From assembly GCA_028534125.1 (NCBI GenBank), contig CM052817.1, positions 81,284,001 to 81,348,000 of the forward strand: 64,000 nt of DNA, given 5' to 3'. Each line of letters opens with the position of its first letter. The stretch's first letter is position 1. Below, one piece after another: positions 37,830-50,900 of the stretch. The notes below the pieces were generated by a model. The model saw nothing but the letters and a program-made list of their open reading frames with translations. It was not told the DNA's origin and did no database searches. Source of the DNA: Lama glama (taxonomy: Eukaryota). Position numbers and translations under genes: made by a program.

Positions 37830-39310
37830 ATTTCAACATACAAACTTTGCTAGAATATAGGACTAGAAGTGAGCAAAACACAGATGGTCTCTACCTTCGT
37901 GGTGCTTTCACAGCAATGAGGGAGGCCAGACCTCAAACAAACAACGACAAAAGTCAAAATAGAATTTAACAGTGTGAAAAGAGTGTTTAAGGAAGAGGTT
38001 GTGTGCTGTAAGACTGAATAGCAGAGAACTTTATTTAACGCTGTTTTCCTCAACTCATTCTTTCATCAGTCACAAGACAAAACCTCCTTGACAGTGGTCT
38101 GCTTAATTTGGGGGGCCCAGGCATTTTTCAGGGACTCTTTGTAAGTCTTTTCATTTAAAAGAAGTACTTATATTGTTCACAGTTTTACATTTGGTGAAGA
38201 TACAAAGTGTGAGCTCTGGAGTCCTGCAGCCTGTTATGAAATCACTTCTTAAATTATTACCCCCTCTTTACCTAAGCGTTCTCATTTGTAAAATGAAATG
38301 AGTCACAAAACATTGGTGTTACAAAGTTGTTGTTAAGATTTAAAAGAATAATATATAAAAAGAAAAATTCTTATCAGAGGGCCTGACACATAATATATTT
38401 AAAAAATGATATTGTTCTTCCTCTACATGGGATTTCTTCCCTCCGCATATGTAAATGCAGTCCTGTCTTAAATATTTATACTTGTTATCTCTGATTTAAT
38501 CATTTGATCTCCGTCTTTTGCCTCTATCATTCCACTAAAATGACCTGGATCAGTCATAAATGACATCTTAGGAGTTAAAACCAAAGTGCTTTTCTTAATT
38601 TGTTTTTCAGTAACATTCGGCACTGTTGACAAATCTTTTCTTGAAACCAACACCTCCATTTAGTAGTGCCTCCATTTATCCAACAAATATTTTCTAAGCA
38701 CTTACTTTCAGCCAGAGACTGTCCTCCATACTTAGAATGTATCACTGAACCCTATAGTTAAGGGTTTCTGCCCACAAGGTGATTATATTCTATTAAGGGG
38801 AGACAGAAACAGTCTATATCTATATCTATAGCTATATAAAATGAATAAATACCTTTATAGTATTTTAGAAATTGGTAAGCTTTATGAAAAAAAAAAAAAG
38901 AACAGAGAGTGGGAATCAGAAGTAGGAAGGATGAAATTAGCTGTCACATTCAGTGTAGGCAGGATTTAAAAAGTGAGATGTGAACAAAAACTTGAAAGAT
39001 GTGAGAGAGCTAGCCAAGAAAAAATACGGGAAGCAGGGCACCTAGGAAAATGGAAAAGCTAGACAAAGACCCTAGGAAGCATGCCTGTGTGTTGAGGAGT
39101 AGCAAAGACAGTGTAGCTGGCGAGGAGTAAGGGACAGGAAGAGGAGGGGGAGGGAAGATCAGCGAGGGACTGAGGCCAGAGGAGACAGAGCTTTTAGGCC
39201 ATTGTAGGGACTGTGGGTTTTCCTCTAAATGAGTAGATAACGGACATGATTTATCTTGGAATTGAAAGTTGCACTTGGACTACAATGAGAATATGTTATC
39301 GTGGGTAAGA
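37830..39310. mobile_element. Cluster: L2 (-, ~37830-38040), MIR (+, ~38200-38410), L2 (+, ~38480-38650), L2a (-, ~38670-39310)
   Basis: gtctctaccttcgtggtgctttcacagc; ttctcatttgtaaaatgaaatga..gggcctgacacataat; atccaacaaatattttctaagcacttac..ttttaggccattgtagggactgtgggttttcctctaaatgag. Confidence 0.7.
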
Positions 39311-39837
39311 CCCATTTTAGTATTCTAGTAAGAGATTACTGGAAAATAATCCTAAAAGCGCAAATGATTTTTACTTGTGCATATCAAATAAAATAATTCA
39401 CCACTACAAAAAAAAAAAAAAACACATTCTTCAGCCTGCTTTTCTTCATTCAGTTCTACATTGGTTTCAAGTTTAAATATTGGACTTACTATCCATCAAT
39501 ATTATTTATTTTATCACCTTTTGTTAAGATTATTACATTTTTATAGATCTGACAACATGGTGCTAAAACCTGGGGGTATAAGAAATTCTGAAAATAGAAA
39601 GGAGCTAAAAGCACCCTCAAATGCCAATGTTGCATGCCTTATTCCGTAAAGTCTAAGATATACTTTTAGAATTTCAACTTTTCAGAATCAATTGCTTATA
39701 ATCCATGTGTATATATGTGATATGATAATGTTTTCATCTTTCCAACAAAAGCTGTTTTCAAATCGATGGTGAGTTTTAAACTAAATCAGTGACATACTAA
39801 AAGTAAAAATTCCTGAGAATTATCTCTGGGAGGAAGA

Positions 39838-40100
39838 ATGATAGCACCTAACATTTACTAATTTTTAGGGAGCCTGCTCCACACGTAACAGATTAATTAT
39901 CACATTTAATTCTAAATACAACGCTATGAAGTAGAAAGTGTGATTACACCAATTTTATACATGAGAACTAAAGCTTAAAGGAGTTAAGTTACATTCACAA
40001 GATTATACAATTAGTTAAACAATGTTTAACTAATTGTATAATTGTTAAACATTAAAGCCAAAAATTAATCTAGGTCTTCCTATTCTCTTAACCATCATGT
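39838..40100 (-). mobile_element. MIR carrying an internal palindromic insertion
   Basis: atagcacctaacatttact..atcacatttaattctaaatacaacgctatgaagtaga..caattttatacatgagaactaaagcttaaaggagttaagttac. Confidence 0.8.
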
Positions 40101-41543
40101 GATCTAAGGCTCACTCCTTTGCTAGCACAGCCTATGTTTACTGCCAACTTCATTCTTCAGTGACTTCAACTTTACTGTGTTAACTTACACGATTCTGGGA
40201 CATAATATAAATCAAATCCTTTAAATGGAAACCATTTCCTATTTAGTGCTGTGAATTTTCTTGCAAAATTGCTAACAATTTTGTTGTAACCATAAAGAGT
40301 TACTGTGATTTCTTATTACTAAACTAGATACTGCAATTTGTTGGGTACCTTTGTTTAAGCTTGTGATTGTAGGATGCACGTGAGACAGAATAATAAGGTT
40401 TTCTCAGAATTCTTGGCTGATACAGGTTTAGGCAGTCGATCCAAAGAGATTATAGCATAACTCAAATTCTAATTTAAAAGCAAAAATTGTCCTATGTTTA
40501 CATTTTATTACCTTGCATTTACCTTCTAATTACAGTTACCAGTTATAATATTTATGGTAATTTCAGAGTAATGTGGCATTTATGCCCTCTAGCTCAAATC
40601 TTGCACATCATTTCATGGAAAAATTGCAACCCGAGGCATACAGAAAGAAATGGGTATGTTTATAGTGAAGATTTTCTCTTCATCTAGATTTTTAATTATG
40701 GGGCTCTAAGTGGAGTTGTGGGAATAACCTCAAATGGTTACTAAGAATAAGCCTGCAAAACTTACTGATTATTCAAACATATCAAGCCCTTTCATCTGGA
40801 AACACAGAGGAAAACTCTAGGAACCAGATTAACAGTTAATCCTGCCAGATTTTTAAAGAAATAGTCCAAGTACAGCCAGTAAAGTTTTTTTTTCTTTTGC
40901 CCCCCAAATTTAATTATTTTAAAACACTGAAATATTTTAACTTAAAATATCATTGTTAAGATGACATCTTTATATCTTAAGGAAGCTATTATGAATGAAC
41001 TAAATGAACTCTAGAATGTTTAATGACCTTTAATCTCTGGGCTCAAAAATCCAGAGATAATTGAAAAGGGAAAATTAGATGGAATTTCCTTAGAAACAGG
41101 AAAAGCAAACAAAACTGACTACCAGAGTGCTAGTTATGGATCTAAGAAAGCATATATACTCTTTGAGTATACATTCACTTAAGGACATAATAGTTACCAA
41201 GCTAGAATTCACCATGTAGAGCCCAAACCCTTTAGTCCCTAGAAAGGGTGTATTGAAAACAACCACAACCAGTTAGGAACTTTCCTGGGCTCATGACTAA
41301 TGAATTAGCATCCAGTTTTATTAGAATACTTTCTATTTTTTTTATTTTAACTTATACTCAAGTGTCTATAACTGATCTACATTGAATTGAAATTTTTATT
41401 TTACAAAAAGCATTAGTATAATTTGAATATTTCAAGATTTCACAGAATAGATCAAACTCAGTTGAAAATATTAAAAGAGTAGTCCTAAGACTATTCCATG
41501 GCAAATATTAATTCTCTAGCATGGGAGTCTAGTTATTTCTAGC

Positions 41544-41975
41544 TGTATCAGGTAAGACTAGATTTAGCTGCAAGGGTTGGAAAGTTCAGATTAACAGCAG
41601 CTTTAAGTATGATAGAAGTCCCTTTTTGGACGTAAGCAGTCCTGACCCACAATTACCAGGATGTAACGCACTTCCCATCTGTTGCTTCCTGATCTCAACA
41701 AGTGGTTTCCATTGTATGGCTCGAGATAGCTGCTCAAGCCCCAGCAATCACACTTAATTTCAGCCAGTGACAAAGAAAGATATGCCACTTTCATTTAAGG
41801 GCACTTTCCAGAAGTTGCCCACAAATTCTGTTTATATTTCATATCAAAAAAGTAAGTAACATGTTGATACTTAACTGTAGATGAAGGTGAAAAACATATT
41901 CTTTATTCCAGACCATCAGGTGCTCAGCTAAAAGTCGCTTCTATAACCAAGGAAGGAGAGAGTAAATATTAGGTT
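41544..41975 (-). mobile_element. Old MLT1 (J/K/L-like) LTR
   Basis: tgtatcaggtaagactagatttagctgca..aacagcagctttaa..gatagctgctcaagccccagcaatcacactta..tttccagaagttgccc..cttaactgtagatgaaggtgaaaa. Confidence 0.7.
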
Positions 41976-42504
41976 CTAATCATCCAGATTACTTTTTGTT
42001 GTTAACTCTAGATCTGTTGCATAACTATGGCAAACTATCCCTCCTCCATTTCAATGGTGACTCATTGTACAGAAGTAAATGTTAATGACATGACATCATC
42101 TACATGTTTATCTCTTTCAAAATGGGTCCAGTTTGATGAAGTGGAAATGATTTTTTCCATATAGAAACCATGTTGAATGTTTAGCTTAATAACATTATTG
42201 TCACATGACTCTTACATTGAGAAGACTGTGCATGTGGGCTCCTGGGTAACAACAGTTTGTGTAAATGGGTGAGCATGTGTTTCTGCCATGTCCTTCTGAT
42301 GCTCTGCTCATGACTAGCTCTATGTCTGCTTCAATAAACAGTGATCTTACCAGTAGTTATTTATTATACATTTCATCCAGTTGCGTGATATTGAGTTAAA
42401 ATTCAATAATAAAATAATTGCAGAAGTTCCCAGTAGAGCTGTTTGTATGGTCTGGTAAATTTACTTTCTCTGATTTAATTCATCTTATTCTAAGTTGGTC
42501 CACA

Positions 42505-43270
42505 TCACATCCAGAATAAATACATCAGAAGCCGGCTACTTCTCAAAAATCTCTGCTGATGGCCACCATTATCTCTCACTGGATTGTTGCAAAAGCCTTC
42601 TAACTGACCTCAATGCTTCAGTTCAGTTTTCATCACTGAGGGTTATTTCACCAATGAGAGTTATTCTTTTAACATATAAATCAGATCATGTCCCTTCTTG
42701 GCTCAAAACCATCTCAATAAGAGTAAACAGCCAAGCCCTTACTTGGACCTCCAAGACCCTACATGACCTGTTGCCGCCACTCCTACACACTATTGCACTA
42801 ACTCCTCAACTTTGTCTCCTACTTCTTTTCTCTGATTCTCGGTGCTCTTACCAAGGAAGACCTCTTGTATGTCAAACACATCAAACATACTCCTACCTCA
42901 GGGCCTTTGCATCTTTTTTCTCCCCTGCTGACTAGTATGTTTTTCTTCCAGTTATTTGTGTGTCTCAAATTATTACTTCTTTTTTAGTTCTCTACTCAAA
43001 TGTCATCTTACATGAGAGATCTTTCCTTACCATCCGAAGTAAAAATATAAGCCCCTAGCATACTCCCCTCACCTTTCTTCACTCTTCTCTATAGCATATA
43101 TCGTTACATGATGCTTTTTATTGCTATGTTGAGTGATTTGTTTATTGCTGTGCTTCTGCTGGAATGTAAGCTCTATGAAGGCAGGGATTTTGTTTTATTC
43201 ATTGCTGTATCCAGTATCTAGAATAGTGCTTGGTGTGCACTGGTGCTTAAAAATAATCAATTATGAAACA
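42505..43270 (+). mobile_element. L2a 3' portion
   Basis: ccaccattatctctcactggattgttgcaaaagccttctaactg..aaatcagatcatgtc..cctcagggcctttgca..ctggaatgtaagctctatgaaggcagggattttg..tagaatagtgcttgg. Confidence 0.88.
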
Positions 43271-43878
43271 AAAAATTAATATACATCCTAGAGTTCTTTC
43301 AAAGTCCTTGAAAGGACATTGTCTGACTCTATTTCTCAACATCTTCGGTGAAAAGATATAAAACCTCCTAGGTTTTCTTCATCATTTGCTTTAGAAGCAT
43401 TAGCCAAGTGCTTCAAAAGATAAGAAATAGAAATCTCCAGACTCAGGTTGTGTCCATTAAATATGTACAGCTGTTTGTGTGTCAATCAGACCTCAATAAA
43501 ATGGTTTTTAAAAATCACAATATACTATACTGTTTTATATATAAAGACTAGGAAAATTTAATTTCATAGTAAGAACTTCCTTCATGTGTGTTTATGGACA
43601 AAGAATATAGCTATGTAAATTTCCTAGTAGAATGTGTATAATGGTTTTTACTGCATGTTTTACTTGTATACAAAAATCTAAATAGTTTAAAAACATTTAT
43701 TGAAATAAAGACAAAAGTGGAATTAATATCTGTTAAAATTATTTTCTGTATCTTTTTTCTATAATTTATGCCTTAAAATATAATTTAACTTTTTGAGAAT
43801 TGTAATGAATCCTGGGTTTTGTTGCTATTGTTCCTTGTATAAGACTAGTTTCTGTTGACATTCAGATAACTATGTCTT

Positions 43879-44104
43879 TTTTTTTCTTTTTCTTTATTTT
43901 TTAAAATTTTATTTTATTGAGTTATAGTCAGTTTACAATGTTGTGTCAATTTCCAGTGTAGAGCACAATTTTTCAGTTTTACATGAACATACATATATTC
44001 ATTGTCGCATTCTTTTTCACCCTGAGCTACCACAAGATCTTGCATATATTTCCGTGTGCTATACAGTATAATCTTGTTTATCTATTCTATATGTACCCTG
44101 TCAG
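43879..44104 (-). mobile_element. Young, short L1 3' tail (camelid-like) with perfect 17-bp TSD
   Basis: poly(T) then tttattgagttatagtcagtttacaatgttgtgtcaatttccagtgtagagcac..; TSD tcagataactatgtctt at 43862-43878 and 44105-44121. Confidence 0.95.
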
Positions 44105-44399
44105 TCAGATAACTATGTCTTAGTGCCACCTACTCTATGTCATTTAAACAAAAATAAGCTAAAATATGAATTAATTAAGTAGTTAAATGGTGTCATTATG
44201 AAAAAGAGTTTTGAGCATGCATTGAGTTTTGATAGCTAGGTATAATCACATTAAAAATATTTCCAAAAGTGTAGGCTAATCCTTAAAACTGGAAGAAATG
44301 TTTTACTCAAAACTATAATGATAGGCTCTTTATCTTGTTCTCAGAATTTAGATGAGTTTATAGTTGAAATGCCCACTAAACTTGGAGATGATGCATATA

Positions 44400-44610
44400 A
44401 CAATGGCTAACATTCTTATTGTTCCCTGTATATTTCAACTGATCTCCATAAAAATCATACTAGATTTCTTATTTTGTTGTACTAATTGTGAAGAAAATGA
44501 GTCTCAGCTAGGTTAACTGGGTTACCCAACAACACACAACGAGTAAGTGGCAAGGCTGAGGCTACATACCTGATTGATTAGACCCGGCAGACCATGGCTG
44601 CAACCACTAC
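44400..44610 (-). mobile_element. MIR
   Basis: caatggctaacatt..gaagaaaatgagtctcagctaggttaactgggttacccaacaacacacaacgagtaagtggcaaggctg. Confidence 0.7.
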
Positions 44611-45009
44611 TCCAGAATTCTTCTTATGGAACGTAGTATCTTTTTCTGAAAGCAGAGCCTGAGAAAGAAAGTGGAAGCAAGTTTCAAGGTCTGCTCCATA
44701 GTCCGTAAAGCATCTTAAGTTAGGAAACTAGCACTTAGCCCTGGCTCCATCGATAACAAAGTATGATCTTAGTTTGCTTGGGTTTCCAGTCTAATAAAAT
44801 GGGATGACAGTATTAAATACATTCAATGACATATTCTCTAATAACCCCTGGCTCTATAGCTCTATGAATTATTATTTTTAAAAAGCTATGTGCAATACTG
44901 ACTTATATTGGTAAAAAGAAATCTGATGTTTACATAATCACAAGTTTAATATGAATCAATAGCATGAAATGATTGCTCAAAATAAACAAATCTTTAGAGT
45001 TCATGGTAT

Positions 45010-45105
45010 TTGGAGTGTGTCCACAAAACAGGAAGTGATACCCGCTCTGAGTTGTTCATGGGTCAGACAGCATCTTCAGTGTCCATTGAATTCCGGAGCC
45101 AGGCA
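45010..45105 (+). mobile_element. CR1/L3 LINE fragment
   Basis: aggaagtgatacccgctctga..ggtcagacagcatcttcagtg..ttgaattccggagcc resembles the CR1 RT segment (..[21 protein letters not shown]). Confidence 0.55.
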
Positions 45106-45199
45106 AATGGGTAAACTAACTACAAATATGTTGAGTTGGAATTTCAGGAGCCAAGTCAGGGTGCAAGATCTGGGTGGGCCTGACCCAGAACTATGAAGG

Positions 45200-45692
45200 C
45201 GTGTTGGTTAATTTTATGTGTCAACTTGATTGGGCCACAGGGTGCCTGATATTTGGCTAAATATTTCTGGGTGTGTCTGTGAGAGTGTTTCCAGATGAGA
45301 CTGGCATTTGAATCAGTAGATTGAGTAAAGCAGGTGGCCCTCCTCAGTGTGGGTTGGCATTACCCAATCCTTTGAGGGCCTATGTAGAATAAAAAGCAGA
45401 GGAAGGGAGAATTTGCCTCTCTGCCTTCCTGCTTAAGCTGAAACATCCGTCTTGGCCTTCGCCTGTCTTAGGATTGAGACTTACACCATCAGCTCCCCTA
45501 CTTCTCAGGCCATCAGACTTGGACTAGAAATTTACCACTGGCTTTCTGGGATCTCCAGCTTGCTGACAGCAAATTGTGGGACTTAGCCTCCATAATAGAA
45601 TGAGCCAGTTCCTCACAGTAAGTCTCTATCAATAAGATAAGATAAGGTATTCCTGTTTGGTTTTGTTTCTCTGGAGAAACTTGACTAATACA
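45200..45692 (+). mobile_element. MLT2 (MLT2D-like) ERVL solo LTR, full length, TSD gaagg/gaatg
   Basis: tggttaattttatgtgtcaacttgattgggccacagggtgcctgatatttgg..tgtttctctggagaaacttgactaataca. Confidence 0.93.
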
Positions 45693-45851
45693 GAATGTGT
45701 CAGTTAAAGTGGAAATAGAGATCAAGTTGGGTATCCAAAAAAGGTTTTATCCAAGAGGACCAAGGCTTTAAAAACCCAGTCAGCCTTCTCTGTCTCCCAT
45801 CAGAGTCACACCTGGAGCAGGAAAGTTCATAATTACAAGACTAAGTAATTT

Positions 45852-46028
45852 GGAAGGGAGGGGAGGGGATGGAAAGGAGAAGAGAGAAGGGGAGGAGAGA
45901 GGAAGAGGGAAAGAAGTGAGGGACTGAACTGAACAATAAAGAATAAATTGCCTGGGGAACAAATGATAAGAAAGAAAGAGGGAGGAAGGAAGGAAGGAAG
46001 GGAGGGGAAAAAAAAGGAAAAGGAAAGA
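45852..46028. repeat. GA-rich low-complexity purine tract
   Basis: Direct read, includes (GGAA)n. Confidence 0.85.
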
Positions 46029-47001
46029 TTTGGCAGATAGCTTGGCACAGATAGCATGCTTCGGCTGTGGAAAAGAGCACGTTGCTGGCAGAGAAATGCT
46101 GGGTGAAGGCAGATGCTCTGGGAGAAAGGAAACTTTTTCATTAACGTCAATACAGATTATTCCAAATCTTCCATGACATATGCATTATAGGTATGTTTTG
46201 ATAATAGCACCCAATTGCCAGTAAAAGATAATATTCTCTATGTGCAAGAGATAGCTAAAGATACAAGTTGCATGTTCTTCTTTAAAAACATTTCAGAGAT
46301 GCCATTGGATTAGGAGATTTATTATCGCCTTCCCAGATTTCTGCTTCTCCCTTTTGAAAAAAAATATATATTGACAGTACTCATGCTTCCTTGTGTGGTC
46401 TGACAAACGGAACAACCTGGCATTTGTTAGCACTTGCACTGGGCAAGTGGGTAGCATCATTCATCGTAATCACCCTAAGGCTGAGCCCAGATGGTGTTAG
46501 CTGGGATGAGCTTGGCAGGAGCTTCAGAAACAGCAGGTTCATTGCCTCTCCCCCCGCCAGGAACAAACCACAAAAGGTCCTCCGTTGACTGTATCTTCTC
46601 TAACTCTCCAATCACGTCACTCCTCTGTCTCAGTCTCTGCCTCTGTCTCTCTCTCATCACTTCTCTTTGCCAGCAAAAAGCTCTGCTTATGTCCCTACAC
46701 ATTCAGTCTTTTCCCCAGGATGCCTATTTGAAAATCTCTCTCACAACCCATATCATCCTCCCTTTTATAGGTTTATCCAGTATGTATTTTCTCTAGAAGA
46801 GTTTGCTGACTGACTCCACAAGACACAGATCACTCATAACGTGTGCACCATCGCAACACACACGTGGGCCGGTCTGGACCACATTGTCTCTTGAATACTC
46901 TGCATTGTTCCTGTTCTCTCAGTTACTTTCTTAGGCATAATCTCTAAAAGAGGAGTAACTCTTTTCTTTTTTATCTCTTCTCTTTCTTTTCTTATCATTC
47001 C

Positions 47002-47004
<3 letters not shown>

Positions 47005-47040
<36 letters not shown>
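47005..47040. repeat. (AC)n microsatellite
   Basis: Direct read. Confidence 0.97.
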
Positions 47041-47042
<2 letters not shown>

Positions 47043-49329
47043 CTATTTTGGCTAGTGTAGTAATTTTATTCAGAGAGAATGAATAGATAAATACACAGGA
47101 TTATCACCATTCCCCCTGTTCTTTTCTGGGCTGAGACTGTGGTCATCTCTATACAGAATTACTCTCCACTCTCAGGAGGACATTGAGGGAATACGTCATT
47201 TGATAAGGCTCATCAGAAACAAAAAGAATCTCATATTGGAAAAAATCAGGACTACTGCTTTGTTTAATTCTCAGGAAACTGGTTACGTTCTGTATAAAAG
47301 TAGCAAGATCACACACCTCACACAGACGCTGAGGACGCATTTGCCTTCTCCCTGAAATCCCTAATGACGACTCTGTCTACTTGATTGTACCATCTCAGTC
47401 TCTAGCTATTAATGCACACAAGGAGATTAATAGCACATAAAATGGGTGAAGCAAATAAGTTTTCTCTAAATTCACTGTCTAAAATGAAAAAAAAATTGAA
47501 AATAGTTTAAGGAACATTTCTAAGTCATGGGCATTTTCAAATGGGTAACTTCTTCAATCACTGTCAAGAATTTTTTTTTTTTCTAGCCACCTTTCTCTTC
47601 CAAGGGATGAAATGGGGACTAACACAAGGTGTAAAAATGCCTTACCCTCACGTTGATGGTAACAATAGGAGCTGAGATTCAAACCTGTTCTTTTTACTCC
47701 ATGCTCAGATTTCTCCATAATAATCACAGCTGCCTCAAAAGAAAACAGAGATAAATTTCCATGACACAACTTAGACAAACAGTGTGCTTTAGACTTTGTT
47801 GCTTAAACAAGGATGTGGTAAGATAACTAGAGATAAGAGTCATATACAGGTAGCCTCACATTTTTAAAAAAATCCAGGAAGTCAAATGTAGAAAAAACTT
47901 TTTTAAAATTATAGGTCAGAAAGACCCAAACTTGGAAAAGAAGTAAAACCAGTGTTCACATTAGTCTAAAAGGTGATGCCATCTCTTCCTCATTAAGAAG
48001 GATGAGAGGATTCAAAGCAAAGATGCTTCTTTCCTACCGTAGTCTGCTTCCGTTTGCTGCCTTTGAATATTGTTGATGAAGCACGACTTGGTAAATTTGC
48101 ATTCTTTGTTTGCACTAAGAGACGGCAGGAATGACTCCCAGAGTAGTCTGAGAGCTCTCGACTTCTCCAGCCTTCATGAACGAGGCTTCCTGGTATCGTT
48201 AGGTTCTTCTTGTCTTCACTGGGAACCCAATTTAAAAACTTGTCAAAGAGAGTGACTGAGAGAGCAAACGTGCAATCCAGAAGCGTTGTTGGTTCAGAAC
48301 ATATGTTGGCAGAGGTGGTGGTGGGAGGGGGTATAGAATTTTTTGGTGGTCTTTAAAACTAATAATTTTAAACACCAAAAGTAGTAGAAGTTTTATGGAA
48401 ACAATCATCCTTTCCGCTATTTTTCTGAAGAAATCCTGGCTCCAAACTTTGATGCCCCATTCTGCAAAATGTAATTAAATTGACCCAACTCCCTCTGGAA
48501 AGAGATGACAGACTGTTGTTACTAGAGTAGAGCCACTGCGGAGAGAGGACGCTGGAGAACCTTTCCACTGTCATTCCCCTGAGAAGGGTTATGCTTACCA
48601 GGACATCCTTTACACCCTTACATTTCCAACCATGATTAATGTTCCAACAATGATTTAGCAGCCGTTATAGATGGAAGCCTGGAGAGCTGCCAGGCTGGCC
48701 CACCCCTTAGTCAGCTCTGGATGCACAGTTGTGCACCCTTCTTTGTAGAGGGAGGTTCAGATAAACCTAAGTAAGCACTGAGATATCTTAAGAACAGATT
48801 AATGTGAGGTGTTTTGAAGTTTCCTCACTCATTATTCTTCACTCTTCCCAGCTTCCCGAGGTACACGTGATCCCACCCCGGATCTTATCACCACCTCGAA
48901 CTGCTCCACTTCCCAAATCCCTCACACAGACAAGCCCACTCAGACCACATCTTCCCTTCCTCTGCTTACTGGTCCAGCCACACCTCACCAAGAGTATTGG
49001 ATGTGGATTGAGTCCTCCAGCTTTTTGATTGCTTTACTCTTTCCCAATTCATGTCCCTAGGGCCTTATTCCATTTGGATTCCGTGATCCATCATTTCAAC
49101 AGCACTCTTGACAGTATCCCAAGGTCCTTTAATGTAATCTAATATGTCTATTTTTTATTTACTACCTCTGGGTTTCTAGTCTTGCTGAAGAAGCTCAGTC
49201 TCATCTCTAAGTTGGACCTGTGGTGCTCTAGATTTTGTCACAAAACTTTTAAGTTTACACTTACCACTTTAATTCCTCCTAATCTTAACTTCACTTACTG
49301 TAAGATAAAGGCTAATATTTTTATCCAGA

Positions 49330-49800
49330 TGGAAGTTTACTTTGCAAGCACTCATTATAAAATAATGATTGTATACTTTATATACAATTTATAATGTATA
49401 TCATTTATAAATTATGAAATACTTCCTCAGTGAATTTAACTGCCACATGGGTCACACGTCTTTGGTCCTAATTCTGGATTTTCTGCTCTATTCTACTCAG
49501 TCATTTGTCTGATACCAGGCAGAGACCATATTGATCTGTGTAAAGTGGTTTCATGTAGGGTGTAAGTCTAGGAAGGCATATCTTTCTATGTTAGTGGTTT
49601 TCCAGATGTTCTAGGCTAACCTTTGGTATCTGTTCTCCACTTAAATTTTAAGATTGTTTTATCCAATTTTACCTACACATACACAAAACGCATACTATCA
49701 GAATTCTAATTAATAGTTTCTTAAATACATGACTTCATTTAGGGAAAGTTACATTTTCTAATTTTTAATCATTCTCTCTAGAGCATAAGTCTTTCCATTA
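49330..49800 (-). mobile_element. L1ME-like ORF2 fragment
   Basis: ttctggattttctgctctattctact..ttctccacttaaattttaagattgttttatccaattt..aattctaattaatagtttcttaaatacat..tttagggaaagttacattt. Confidence 0.6.
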
Positions 49801-49809
49801 CGCCCACTC

Positions 49810-50900
49810 ACAGACACAGCTCCATTTCATCACCCTGCTCTCTCCTGAATGACCTTTTTCCCCCTTCTTTGGGGGTCTGCTCCCATCCTTATACAAATAC
49901 TTTACCTATCTTGAAAAAACTCAACCCCTATGATTGTGGCTCCCCCTCAGTTACCACTTTATTTCTCTGTTCTTATATATAATATAACCCCTTCAAAAGC
50001 TTTCTTTTCCTTCTCTCTATAATTTCTTTGCTCTCCTCCTTCTAAACCTCATTCCAGTCCTGTTTTATTCCTCATTCCATACCATGGGCACTGTTCTTTT
50101 CAGGTTCACCACTGACCTGCAAGTGTCTAAATCCAGTGACCAGTTCTGCCTTTACATCTCATGTGACTTGTCATTAATATTTGACATCCTGATCATGCTT
50201 TATACTTTCTTCATTGGCTTTCACAATAACATACTCAGGTGAATTTTCTCCTTTACTGCTTCCTCTGAGCGCAACACAGCTCATTCCTTGAGTCTCTTTT
50301 TTTGTCTAAATGCCCCCACTTCCTGGTGATCTCAGTGTTTGAGAAGGTAATTTTAAATACCATCTACACTATGAAGATTCCCAAATTGACATATCTGCAG
50401 CATGGGCCCACCCCAGATTTGTATATCTACTTACATCATGACCTCTCTACCTAAATAATATCTCATATTCAGCAACCTTGCTAGATTCTCCTATTACCAC
50501 AAACCTGATCATGAAATCTCATAGCAATCAAAACTTCCATTTCTTGAATCCTACCTACTCTGCCAGGCTTAGCTCTTTGTAATTTCAGCCACAGCTGTCA
50601 CTCATTCTACCCCAAGCATTTTCTGCATGTATTCTAATTCCTCCAGGCTTCCCTTAGTCTACTCTCTCTTCCTAAAATGATACTCCCTCCTCACCATTTC
50701 ATTCATTGAATTCTACCCACCTCCCAACTCTAGCTCTTGCAACCACATAATGCTTTTTTCTCGTGTAATCAATCTCCCCCTTCCTCAAATTCTAGTATCA
50801 CTAACTGTTTCTCTTGTTTACCATATACTGTCTTAAAGATGAGCACTCTGTTTTGTTTGTTTGTTCGTTTGAAATGGGAGTTGGAAAGTGGCTTTATCAT
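49810..50900 (+). mobile_element. Degenerate L2 (pyrimidine-rich RT/3' region); more L2-like sequence at ~48830-49130
   Basis: ggttcaccactgacctgcaagtgtctaaatccagtgaccagttct..atttgacatcctgatca..ttttaaataccatctacactatgaagattcccaaatt. Confidence 0.75.

Noticed and set aside
42495..42935. 146-aa ORF
   Set aside because: Lies within an L2a fossil; chance open frame
48073..48150. Possible C/D snoRNA (TGATGA...CTGA) and Oct-Sox motif (atttgcattctttgt)
   Set aside because: No terminal stem, imperfect C box, and the Sox half-site is inverted relative to the canonical composite
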